Program-made: the position numbers and the translations under genes
Shown here: one piece after another, positions 21,001 through 29,222 of the stretch
How the letters are laid out: every line of letters starts with the position of its first letter
Numbering within the stretch: the first letter of the stretch is position 1
Source of the DNA: a virus
Length of the DNA: 64,000 nt
Virus record (IMG/VR): IMGVR_UViG_3300043436_001870
Span: 49,165-113,164 of that record
Strand: one strand, 5' to 3'
Notes under the pieces: generated by a model
Told to the model about the DNA's origin: nothing
The model's database searches: none
Seen by the model: only the letters and a program-made list of their open reading frames with translations

Positions 21001-23116
21001 CAGAATTTTGGTCATAACCAAAAGCCTGAAGTAACTCATCATCACTCATTTGTTGGAATGATTCAATCTGATCAGTAAACATGTCAATGTAACCCTGATT
21101 CAGAAGAGTCTTAACATGTTTGAATATTGCATCATTTACTAAATCTTTTTCTTCTCTAACATCTCCAGCAGCTTCTGCTAAACTCATAAGATTAGCAAAG
21201 TCCTTTTGGTTTTGAGTATTTTCATAGATAGCATTAAAAAACTTTTTAGGATCAGCTTGGATTTCATTAGCTGTTTTTATTACTCTATCCTGAGTAGCTT
21301 TTCTTTGTGCAATCTTATCATCATAGGCTTTTTTGTCTTTGACTTTTTCATATACATCTTTACCAGCCTGTACTCCATATTGAAAAACTAGACTCTGAGG
21401 TACTTGAACCATACCTCCCATCAAGAAACCAGATAAGAATGTTTCAGCACCTTGAGCAGTAAATTGATCACCAATACCGGCTCCAAGCTTATCTAAGAAT
21501 AATGCTGTACCTGCTCTTTCAGGAGATGCAAATGTCTCAAGATAATAGTCAGTCATTGTCTTTGCAATAGACTCTTGATATGATTCTTGTAAACCTTCAG
21601 CAAGGTTAGCAGACATATATCTTATACCATTCTTAGCAAAATTCTGTGGTCTAAACTGGTTTATAATTCTTTTACCATTTTTCTTTGTAAACCAGTCTCT
21701 AGGATTTGCAGGATCAACAAACCCCTCATATTTTTTCTTGGTTTTCTTGCCGTAGTTTATAACAAGCTTACCTAATGAGGAATCACCATTTTCTCTAAAA
21801 GCCCTGAAACCTTTTAATGCCTTATCAAATACTAGCTTATTAGATACAAGGATCATTGGAAAGTTAGCCTGAGTAGTTGATACCCCAGCAAGTTTAGCTT
21901 GCTGCATAATCTTGTTAGCATCCTCACCTTCAGGTGCTCTACCATTTTCCTCTAGGTATTTATCATAGAGTTCCATAAAGACATCATTCTGAACCATACC
22001 ACCTTCAAGCCTTGATTCAGCAAGAGAAGTATTCATCATCTGAAGATCTCTAAAAAAAGAACCAAATGTCTTAGAGTGTCTTGCCCAGTCACTCATTGCA
22101 TCAAAGCCATTAGCTCCTGTTCTGATATTCTTAACTGTTTCTGCTGTTTGAGTAAATGGATTAACAAAATCTCCAAGACCTTTCCAAAATTTTCTAGCAT
22201 TATTTACATCTGACAAGCTGTTGGCTGCAGTTGCTGTAGAAGCAAGATCAGGTGCCTGTTGAGCAACTGTCTTACCTGCCTGAATCACATCCTCTACATT
22301 TTCAAGTGTCTTACCAGCTTTCATGAATTTTGCAAGATTAGAACCTGTTTTTGCAGCAGCAAGTCCACCTAATGCACCACCTGTTAAAGCCGTAGCTCCC
22401 CATAGAGCTACTTCTTCAAGAATTATATTACTCATTACACCAAAGGTGTAAGCAGAGTTTCCATATAGATTTACAGCAAATCCACCTACACCACCTCTAG
22501 AAGAGTTAGCAATGGACATCATTCTATTCATATCTCTTGCATACTTTGTGTCACCACTTGCATTGAAAGAGAATAGATCATCCCAGTTATTAAATGTCTG
22601 AGATAAACCAAGACCTGCTAATGACATCCATTGTGTACTTGCTCTAGACCAATCATCTGTCCAAGTACTATTAGCATTGTAGATAGCTTCATTATCTACA
22701 TAAGGGTTCCATCCTAGTTTTTTATACTGAGGATGGTTATAATATCTATCAAAGTTATTTTTATTAGGACCAGCACCAAAACCAATCTGTCTTACTCTAT
22801 CTGCTGCAGTACCGCTTGTAGGGATCCCACCAGGGCTCATAACAGTAGAGAGCATGTCTTTTACATAACTCTGGGTACCGTCAATCTGAGGATTAGTTTT
22901 CTCTGGAGTAAATGTAGCAAGACCTTTATTATTACCGGCTGCTATCTCAGCATTTTGTCTTAATGGAGTTGCACGGTTCATGAACACATTAGATGGACCA
23001 GTACCAAGTATCTTATTTACACTTTGCTCCATACCAGGAAGTATCTGATCAAACTGTTTCTTAGTTTGATCAAGTAAAGCCAAGTATTGATCAACAGGAT
23101 TTATTGCTTCTGCCAT
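18008..23116 (-). CDS. Large virion cargo/ejection protein (1702 aa) with Gly-rich hydrophobic segments and a degenerate zincin-like domain
   Basis: Hydrophobic Gly/Ala stretches (VALWGATALTGGALGGLAAA; FLSGFLMGGMV), the EGLQESYQE motif, coiled coils, and a YLMIHPLT...EAFVAEAFAS zincin-like remnant. TAATG overlap with the RNAP gene. Confidence 0.75.
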   Translation of the reverse strand: MAEAINPVDQYLALLDQTKKQFDQILPGMEQSVNKILGTGPSNVFMNRATPLRQNAEIAAGNNKGLATFTPEKTNPQIDGTQSYVKDMLSTVMSPGGIPTSGTAADRVRQIGFGAGPNKNNFDRYYNHPQYKKLGWNPYVDNEAIYNANSTWTDDWSRASTQWMSLAGLGLSQTFNNWDDLFSFNASGDTKYARDMNRMMSIANSSRGGVGGFAVNLYGNSAYTFGVMSNIILEEVALWGATALTGGALGGLAAAKTGSNLAKFMKAGKTLENVEDVIQAGKTVAQQAPDLASTATAANSLSDVNNARKFWKGLGDFVNPFTQTAETVKNIRTGANGFDAMSDWARHSKTFGSFFRDLQMMNTSLAESRLEGGMVQNDVFMELYDKYLEENGRAPEGEDANKIMQQAKLAGVSTTQANFPMILVSNKLVFDKALKGFRAFRENGDSSLGKLVINYGKKTKKKYEGFVDPANPRDWFTKKNGKRIINQFRPQNFAKNGIRYMSANLAEGLQESYQESIAKTMTDYYLETFASPERAGTALFLDKLGAGIGDQFTAQGAETFLSGFLMGGMVQVPQSLVFQYGVQAGKDVYEKVKDKKAYDDKIAQRKATQDRVIKTANEIQADPKKFFNAIYENTQNQKDFANLMSLAEAAGDVREEKDLVNDAIFKHVKTLLNQGYIDMFTDQIESFQQMSDDELLQAFGYDQNSGKADEFNNDMRGRLDSVLNKVNQIKANHEKYSTIRNPFNPKSGNPDEYEDWYGFEEARTLAIYNDYTYQQAAKRLSSIFNDAAGTKLGAAQSMQLTSLFLSDSKSAFGEDMIDTQINLLEREATGYLQGDEAQKKLGEERKKQAALLRNFKEDFANYRKEYSQAKKSVANAALRDEVKEDTKTQFTVQQGSTVEYTFKNGAKVTGTVTKKTSNKVTIEYTDASGKKVSKSVSIKAKKLKVTGGPQGQLPLDFEGNEIEAGLEQRRQELETRVRDYLSAISGIDAKSPELDKLVLQVIDYAELSENLSDAMNAVTFLNDPYNYSMAAKQFTQAAKDAREIAKTKMQKSLDEFKTRIGVNELIQKLFLKFNVFFSPDEIEALMKGDRVPSAFYKQNPKTNEFEEVEPTSNLYKEILNFLSEFESEQGFTLKGKVIAEAMAKGGYLIDDMIEADKAPSLNDILTGLGLQPGQDTYTISIVDVLKYILKKRIGSVPSRKMIQNLMTAVDPEKKMVISLTSPSGFSYTKETGITIDPRFATKDYSAQVDGKFYTSTLTYLMIHPLTQMIVSDNQSDPGFKAAIQNVMDAFKKYYEDNPDMRQKYGNYVTRMLTSQEAFVAEAFASQAGQEVLAIIPYKNTNRNLWQEFVKALVSFFKKQFGQAISIDETALTEVLGIVSNKLAGKGVTAPAGTTTAAGTAPASGIGIVSKPAVTRGTSLDSLKKDYPDLMATLLGQYSIATNKPGVANKEFATWFATSTDPIIDNIVDEYNTSNNFTEPGPAAPAPVPAGQPTPGPISIPTAEELAAEEEATPTDIKTIREQIAEATQEQLDDIVAKVNNQVLQAENLDYETYEKLLANRRNQLEPSGITFDSVNVMTILVMKDKSIYSADGNAIIVAKNDNNKTVVVRNLNLAGEDVILTEQQLREQVEYIKIKDVKTGEIDKVESPVEFTTEEKDLANQSAETATDSEEASKLSSQAFDDVENISEDEVNDEFDNSLDCK

Positions 23117-23120
23117 ACTA

Positions 23121-26100
23121 TTACTGAGTTAACTGAGCTGGATCGTATATCTTGTTTTGACTAGATTCTTTTAGAGAAGCCATGTATTCCATATTACCTC
23201 TATTAAAATCTGCAAACATGTTATTAAAGAAATTTACTGAAGAGTTAAGATCTGTTGTTGTTGTTCCATATATAGGATTATTAAGAACTTTACCTGCAGC
23301 ATCTACTGATCTAGCTTGACCAGTATAAGTGTATCCCCCAAGAGCATTAGGAACAAGTTCTACATGACCTCCAAGATCACTAAATGAGTCAAGAACAATC
23401 TTACCCTTCATATTCATAGTCCATTCATTCTTAGTCATTTGCATTCCTAAAAATGGAGACGATGATGCTTTATCAGCATCCATCATAAATGTAATTGTAG
23501 GACGTTGTCCTTCATTCATCTTCTGTTGAAGATCCCAAGCAATACCTTTTTCCTTTTCATTACCTGCATGTTTATTTACCCATCCTGGATCAAGTTCCCA
23601 AGTCATTGCCACCTTAGTTGCATCATTTCCAGCAACAGCATGAAGAAAGTAATTACCAGTGGGTCTCATTTGATTCTCACCAGTTTTACCTCCTGTATTC
23701 ATCATTGCTGAACCTAAGAATGCTTTTAGGGTATTCAAAGCTGAAGTTTGTGAAGCATCATTTACTATGTCTTCATTTTCCAAATCATCTGCTGTAAGGT
23801 CAAACCCTGATATTCCAGATACTACCTTAATACCATAGTCATCCATAAAACTTTGAGAAGCTGTCTTAGGTATAAGATCTTTTACATAAAAGTCTTTGGC
23901 CATGTCAAATGACAAACTATTAAATACAGCAGAGTCAAATGTATATCCAGCAGCAGTACCATAATATCTATTTATACCACCATCACCTGGTAGTTTGGAA
24001 TCAATTGTTTCAAGTCCTAATTCAGAATTAGGATCTTTCTTAAGAGTTTCATACGCATCTACAAGTTCCTCATAAGCATCTTGAGCATATTCAATAAGTA
24101 AATCTTGTGTAGCATCAACCATTACCATACCAGAAGGATCTAGTGTTTGTTTACCTTTATTGGCTGCTAGATATGCTTGAATATATTCATTCTCAGATCT
24201 TATACCTGATTTGTTTTGTTTAAAAAATATAGAAGCATCTAGACTATTAACACCAGCCTCTAATGCTAATTTTGAAGCAACCTTAGTATTATTTCTAATC
24301 ATGATATCATTGATACCAGCCTTTAGATCTTCATTCTCTTGAACAATTGCATTAGCCTTTAAAACTTTTTGTTGAACAGCTATTGCAGCAGGATCTTTAG
24401 TTATTTTAACTTGCTCATTCATATAGTTAGTTATCTTCTTCTGAACAGTAGCATAATAAGAACCAGTTCCTTCAATAGTAAATTCTGGTGTTTGTTTATC
24501 TACATTAACTAAAGAGTAAGTGCCATTTGAATTTCTCACAGCAAGACCTGATGTTTTCTTAATTTGTTCAGGAATCTTTTCTGTAGTTGTACCTGCAAAA
24601 CCAGAGCTAATATCTTTAGAGCCTTGGTAAATTCCTGTAAGTCCTGCAGAAATACCTGCAGCAGCAAAAGGTGTTGCTGTACCTAATGAAAAAACTTCAC
24701 CAATACCAGAAATAGCAGTTAATACACCACCACCAACAAGTTCTGCTACACCAATTAATCCTGTTGTCCAATCTGTTGGGGTATCTACTTCTTTAACCAT
24801 TTCAGGAGTTTTTTCCTGAACTTGATATTCACCAAGTACATCTTTTACAGCTTTGGTAGCAAGAGCTTTCTGTTCTGGTGTACCATTAGTAATATAATAA
24901 TTCTGCATGGAAAGAAACTCATTTATGCTTTGTTTAGTAGCAACTTCTGATTCTTTACCTAAGCTTTGACTTACATTTCTATTTCTTTCAAAAGTATCTA
25001 TGTCTTCATTTGTTATATTTCCTGGACCAGGAACAGTAACTTCATAACCACTATTAAAGCCTTCACCAAAAGATGTACCTGCTGCAGCAGAACCATTTTC
25101 TTCTATCATTTTACCTACAACATCCATTATTTTCAGTGCCTTATCTTTCTGAAATTTTGCTTCAAGTTCAGCCATAGCATATGCATGCTTTACTTTAAGA
25201 ACTGTATATGGATCTTCCTTAATGTCAATATCAGCATGTGACATTGCATAATTAGTAGCAGTACTGTTTGCAAGATCATCAAGTAAGAAATAAGACATGG
25301 CACCATCTACTCTCTGTCTCATACCTTCAAGATCAGCTGGATCATAACTCATAAAATCAGTCTGAGTTAGTGCTTCCTTGTTCTTTTCTAGAACAGTTGA
25401 TTGAACTGATTCATCTTGTAGGGTGTTCTGATAGATTGCAATCAGATCCTGATCTAAGTCTGGATCAACACCTTTTTCTCTGATGGTTGCTTCAATTACT
25501 TTCTTCTTAGACTTAGCATATTCCATTCTCTCAGTATCATCCATGTTAGCTACACGGTAATACTCATTAATCTCTTTTACTTTAGACTGTAGGTATTCTG
25601 TCTCAGCTCCTACAGCATCACCATTAAATTTCTCAAGGTTACCTTGAATATAGTTCTTACGGTCAAGATATGCCTGAGTTCTAAACATGTCCTTAATTCT
25701 CGGATCTCCTGCAAGAAGAGAACTGAACACATTCTTAATAGTAGGAATAGCAGGCTGACCATTAGTGTATTTAAAAATAAATCCACCTCTAATATCAGGA
25801 GTTACAATGTTGATATCATTATCCTTTGCAAACTTGAATAGATTCTCAGCGGCATTAATAAATGGAACGTATCTTGGATTCTGAAATCTAAGTGAGTCAT
25901 CATCAGAACTATTAGCAAAATCTTCTGCCTGATAGTTTAATGCAGACATTCCCTCTTCCCAGTATTTCTCATCACTCTTGGGATTTGGGTTATTACGAAG
26001 ATTCATTGCCTTTGCTTGCTGTCCTTCAAACTGTTTAGTAAAGACAAGGTCTTTTCTAAAATACTGATTATCAATCAGTGGCTGAAATAACTTACCAGCT

Positions 26101-26372
26101 TGTTCTACATTCTCAGCAAGAGAAAGATCAACACCAGATAACCGGTCTATCTCTGAATCAACCTGAGTAAAGAATGCATCTCTGCGTTCTTTGTTACTCT
26201 CTCTCAGTAAGTTAGAGTTTAAGAGTTGACCATAAACTGAATTGATTTTGTTATATCCTGCATCATATTGAGCCTGCTTAGCAGTTAAAGCAGACTGAAA
26301 GAAATTAAAGTCCGGCTTGAAAGGCTGGATCTGTGGGATATAATCTTGTATGCCGTTGATGTAAATTGCCAT
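23121..26372 (-). CDS. Virion cargo protein (1083 aa) with a glycine-zipper membrane-insertion segment
   Basis: N-terminal QPFKPDFNF...KQAQYD, typical of crAss-like cargo proteins. Segment GLIGVAELVGGGVLTAISGIGEVFSLGTATPFAAAGISAGLTG. Confidence 0.7.
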   Translation of the reverse strand: MAIYINGIQDYIPQIQPFKPDFNFFQSALTAKQAQYDAGYNKINSVYGQLLNSNLLRESNKERRDAFFTQVDSEIDRLSGVDLSLAENVEQAGKLFQPLIDNQYFRKDLVFTKQFEGQQAKAMNLRNNPNPKSDEKYWEEGMSALNYQAEDFANSSDDDSLRFQNPRYVPFINAAENLFKFAKDNDINIVTPDIRGGFIFKYTNGQPAIPTIKNVFSSLLAGDPRIKDMFRTQAYLDRKNYIQGNLEKFNGDAVGAETEYLQSKVKEINEYYRVANMDDTERMEYAKSKKKVIEATIREKGVDPDLDQDLIAIYQNTLQDESVQSTVLEKNKEALTQTDFMSYDPADLEGMRQRVDGAMSYFLLDDLANSTATNYAMSHADIDIKEDPYTVLKVKHAYAMAELEAKFQKDKALKIMDVVGKMIEENGSAAAGTSFGEGFNSGYEVTVPGPGNITNEDIDTFERNRNVSQSLGKESEVATKQSINEFLSMQNYYITNGTPEQKALATKAVKDVLGEYQVQEKTPEMVKEVDTPTDWTTGLIGVAELVGGGVLTAISGIGEVFSLGTATPFAAAGISAGLTGIYQGSKDISSGFAGTTTEKIPEQIKKTSGLAVRNSNGTYSLVNVDKQTPEFTIEGTGSYYATVQKKITNYMNEQVKITKDPAAIAVQQKVLKANAIVQENEDLKAGINDIMIRNNTKVASKLALEAGVNSLDASIFFKQNKSGIRSENEYIQAYLAANKGKQTLDPSGMVMVDATQDLLIEYAQDAYEELVDAYETLKKDPNSELGLETIDSKLPGDGGINRYYGTAAGYTFDSAVFNSLSFDMAKDFYVKDLIPKTASQSFMDDYGIKVVSGISGFDLTADDLENEDIVNDASQTSALNTLKAFLGSAMMNTGGKTGENQMRPTGNYFLHAVAGNDATKVAMTWELDPGWVNKHAGNEKEKGIAWDLQQKMNEGQRPTITFMMDADKASSSPFLGMQMTKNEWTMNMKGKIVLDSFSDLGGHVELVPNALGGYTYTGQARSVDAAGKVLNNPIYGTTTTDLNSSVNFFNNMFADFNRGNMEYMASLKESSQNKIYDPAQLTQ

Positions 26373-26403
26373 GTGTTATAGTAAAAATACAAAAAAAATC
26401 TGT

Positions 26404-26429
26404 AAAGTTTAATAAACTTTTAAAGTTTA
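26404..26429. promoter_or_regulatory. Triple alternating 8-bp repeat (operator/promoter-like)
   Basis: AAAGTTTA-a-TAAACTTT-t-AAAGTTTA forms two overlapping perfect inverted repeats in the only sizeable gap of the cargo block. Confidence 0.5.
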
Positions 26430-29210
26430 CATATAGCCTACCTTGTAAACATAAGGTACAACTGGTCCACCTTTTCTTGATTGTGGTTGACCCATTGCAT
26501 AGTTTCCATAAGGCATTGATGCTGGAGCAATTGAACTATATGCTTGGAAGTATGCATCTTGCTCACTAGGAGCTCTAGTAGCCCCAGCACTTGCAGGTTT
26601 ACCATAGAAAATATCCGTAGCTTGTTCATGTGTAAGCTCTGGATGTTTGTCCTTCCAAGACATGTACTGATCAGCAACTGATGATGGAGCTGACTCCCGA
26701 CCTGTAAATTTCCGACCCTTATTAAAGTACATCATACCTCCAGTGGCAGGATCAATTTGATAATTAGGATACAACTGATTCAACACCTGAGCTTGTGCTC
26801 TATTAGTAACAGCATCAATATAAGATTGTCTTAAGTTACCTTTAGCAGCTCTACGAGCATTATCATAGTTCTGGTTAGTAAGATTAACCTGATCCACATA
26901 TGTCTGAGCAGCCTGTAAGTTCTGAAGCTGAGCTTGGTTCATGATATCTGCTTTCTTGTAAGCAAACTCATTAGCTACCCCTACGTTCTGAGTATTATAT
27001 CTACCCATAACATTTGCAATCTGTTCTGCAGCCGTTCCCTGTATCCCTGCAAGACGTGCACTGGTCATAGAAGTAGATGCTCCAGATCCTCTCATAACAT
27101 CACCGGCAATACCAGCAGTTTCTTGGATAGCAGCAATCTCTCTAGAAGGATCATAGTAAGTCGGCTCAGGTACATAAGGATTGTACTGATACTTAGCTGG
27201 CATGTATTTTCTAATACTAGCTAGGTCAGAAACAGCACCCATAGTTCTTACCACATCCTGAAGCCACCATGGAGTATAAGTATCACCTGATATGTAATTA
27301 GGATCTTCCTGATCTAATATCTCGGTTTCTTCAACTTCCTCTTTAATTTCCTCAGTAGGTCTTTCATATGTAAATGCATCAGCATGCTCAAGACCTAATT
27401 TTGCATCATCACCTTGTCCTGGTCTGTACTCGTCAGGAAGAAAGTAATGTTCTATAGCACTTGTCAATCCAGCCTCTGTTGCAATTACTTCACCAGTCTC
27501 TTTATCCTTAAAAACTCTGTTAGGATTAAGCTTAGCTTTTTTCTTACCACCAATAAATTCTGGTGTATATAATTTCTCAGGCTTATCAATGTTGCTTTTA
27601 ATGTACTGATCTTCTAGGTCATAACCTAATGCGGTAAACATTGTCTTCCTGTTAGCTAACTTTTCATTAGCAGGAAGTTTATCCCAATCTGCAGCAGTAC
27701 CTTCCATGTTATTAGCTTTCCAGAAACGGTACTCATAGAAGTCCGGATCTGTATAGCCATAGAAACCTGTGCCTCCAGATTCTTGTAGGGATACGTTGAA
27801 TTCTGGTGTGCCAGCTCCAATCTGATTAGAGTCCTTACCATATGAGAAGAAGTCAGTTAAGAATTCTTTCTCATCTATGTTCATAGCCTTCTTAGCTGAT
27901 GATTTAATTTCCCAGCCTGGATTTCTCTGAACATTACCTACCATGTAGGGATCAGTGTGGTATATAGCATGACCGTCCTTGGCCAATCTGTTAAGAATCT
28001 CAGCAGCCTTTTGTTTGTCTGTATCAAAGTTACCAGTATAATACTGAGAACCTGACTTAGTCATGTTTACAGGTTTAGTAGGATCATAAGGTAATACCTT
28101 ATAGTATTTACCACCTTCCTCATATATATCACCGGCTTTAGTAGCCTTTGCTTTATCTTTAATTTTAGATCGATCTACTGAAGTTACAGTTTTAGTCTTT
28201 ACTCTGTATCTTTTACCATTTCTTTCAATGATTCTCTCACCATCTGATTTAGTTGGAGTATTATTCTTACCATAGTACGCATCATCAAACTGAGTAATTC
28301 TTACACCATAACCGTCTACATAGTACGGATTGCCTTTTTCATCTGTTTTATAAAACACACCAGAAGAATAATCAGGCTTAACTTCAGGTTCCTTCTCAGT
28401 TTGAACAAGACCAGTAAGAACTTGAGCATAGAAGTTATTCATATACTCTCTTCTCATTTCTCTCTGAGTTCTACGTGTCTCACGTTTTCTCTGTCTCTCA
28501 GTTGGTAAGAATGATAACTGTCTTTGTTGTTCTTCAGTCATCTGACCACCAGGCTGGAAAGATCTTAGTGGCATACCACCATATCTTGCCATAGGCATCT
28601 CCTGCATTTCCATACCTTGACCAGGTTGACCTGGTTCAGTAGGTAGCAACATATTAGGATCAATGTTGTACTTTGCAAGGAAAGGCATTGCTACTAATGG
28701 AATACCTCCAGGAAATCCTTTCATGGACTCCTGAATCAAAGCAAGCTTACCAAGTTTTACCTGATAGTTTGCAATAACAGCCTCTGCAGTTTGAACCTGC
28801 AGTTTATCAGAATCAGGATCCTGAAGAATCTTACGGTACTTATTAATATCATACCTCTTAGATATTTCTGCAGGAGTATATCCTCTCTTTGACTTAGGCA
28901 TACCAAACTCAGCAATAAGATCAGCATCCTTAATTCTCATTGATGCTGTATCACTGAATACAAATGAATCAGGAGGAATAACCATTGGTACTCCACCCTG
29001 ATGGTGTCTTGGGCCATGAATCTTATAGTGAGCTGGTAAACCTTCCTTGTCTGGAAGAAACACAGTTTCACCTCCTTCTGTTTCTACATTGGCCAGATCT
29101 CTGTCAACTGGACCCAAAGATGTTCTAACCTCCATCGGCTTTTGTGCCAATGAGTTTGGAATATAACTGGGGGCCATCTGATATGCCCTTACAAGTTTGT
29201 TATTATACAT
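26427..29210 (-). CDS. Virion cargo protein (927 aa)
   Basis: N-terminal ETEGGE...GPRHHQGGV motif seen in crAss-like internal proteins; Q/N/A-rich helical C-terminal region; MARYGG, FQPGG and RKGG motifs. Confidence 0.7.
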   Translation of the reverse strand: MYNNKLVRAYQMAPSYIPNSLAQKPMEVRTSLGPVDRDLANVETEGGETVFLPDKEGLPAHYKIHGPRHHQGGVPMVIPPDSFVFSDTASMRIKDADLIAEFGMPKSKRGYTPAEISKRYDINKYRKILQDPDSDKLQVQTAEAVIANYQVKLGKLALIQESMKGFPGGIPLVAMPFLAKYNIDPNMLLPTEPGQPGQGMEMQEMPMARYGGMPLRSFQPGGQMTEEQQRQLSFLPTERQRKRETRRTQREMRREYMNNFYAQVLTGLVQTEKEPEVKPDYSSGVFYKTDEKGNPYYVDGYGVRITQFDDAYYGKNNTPTKSDGERIIERNGKRYRVKTKTVTSVDRSKIKDKAKATKAGDIYEEGGKYYKVLPYDPTKPVNMTKSGSQYYTGNFDTDKQKAAEILNRLAKDGHAIYHTDPYMVGNVQRNPGWEIKSSAKKAMNIDEKEFLTDFFSYGKDSNQIGAGTPEFNVSLQESGGTGFYGYTDPDFYEYRFWKANNMEGTAADWDKLPANEKLANRKTMFTALGYDLEDQYIKSNIDKPEKLYTPEFIGGKKKAKLNPNRVFKDKETGEVIATEAGLTSAIEHYFLPDEYRPGQGDDAKLGLEHADAFTYERPTEEIKEEVEETEILDQEDPNYISGDTYTPWWLQDVVRTMGAVSDLASIRKYMPAKYQYNPYVPEPTYYDPSREIAAIQETAGIAGDVMRGSGASTSMTSARLAGIQGTAAEQIANVMGRYNTQNVGVANEFAYKKADIMNQAQLQNLQAAQTYVDQVNLTNQNYDNARRAAKGNLRQSYIDAVTNRAQAQVLNQLYPNYQIDPATGGMMYFNKGRKFTGRESAPSSVADQYMSWKDKHPELTHEQATDIFYGKPASAGATRAPSEQDAYFQAYSSIAPASMPYGNYAMGQPQSRKGGPVVPYVYKVGYM

Positions 29211-29222
29211 AGTGTAAAGGTA

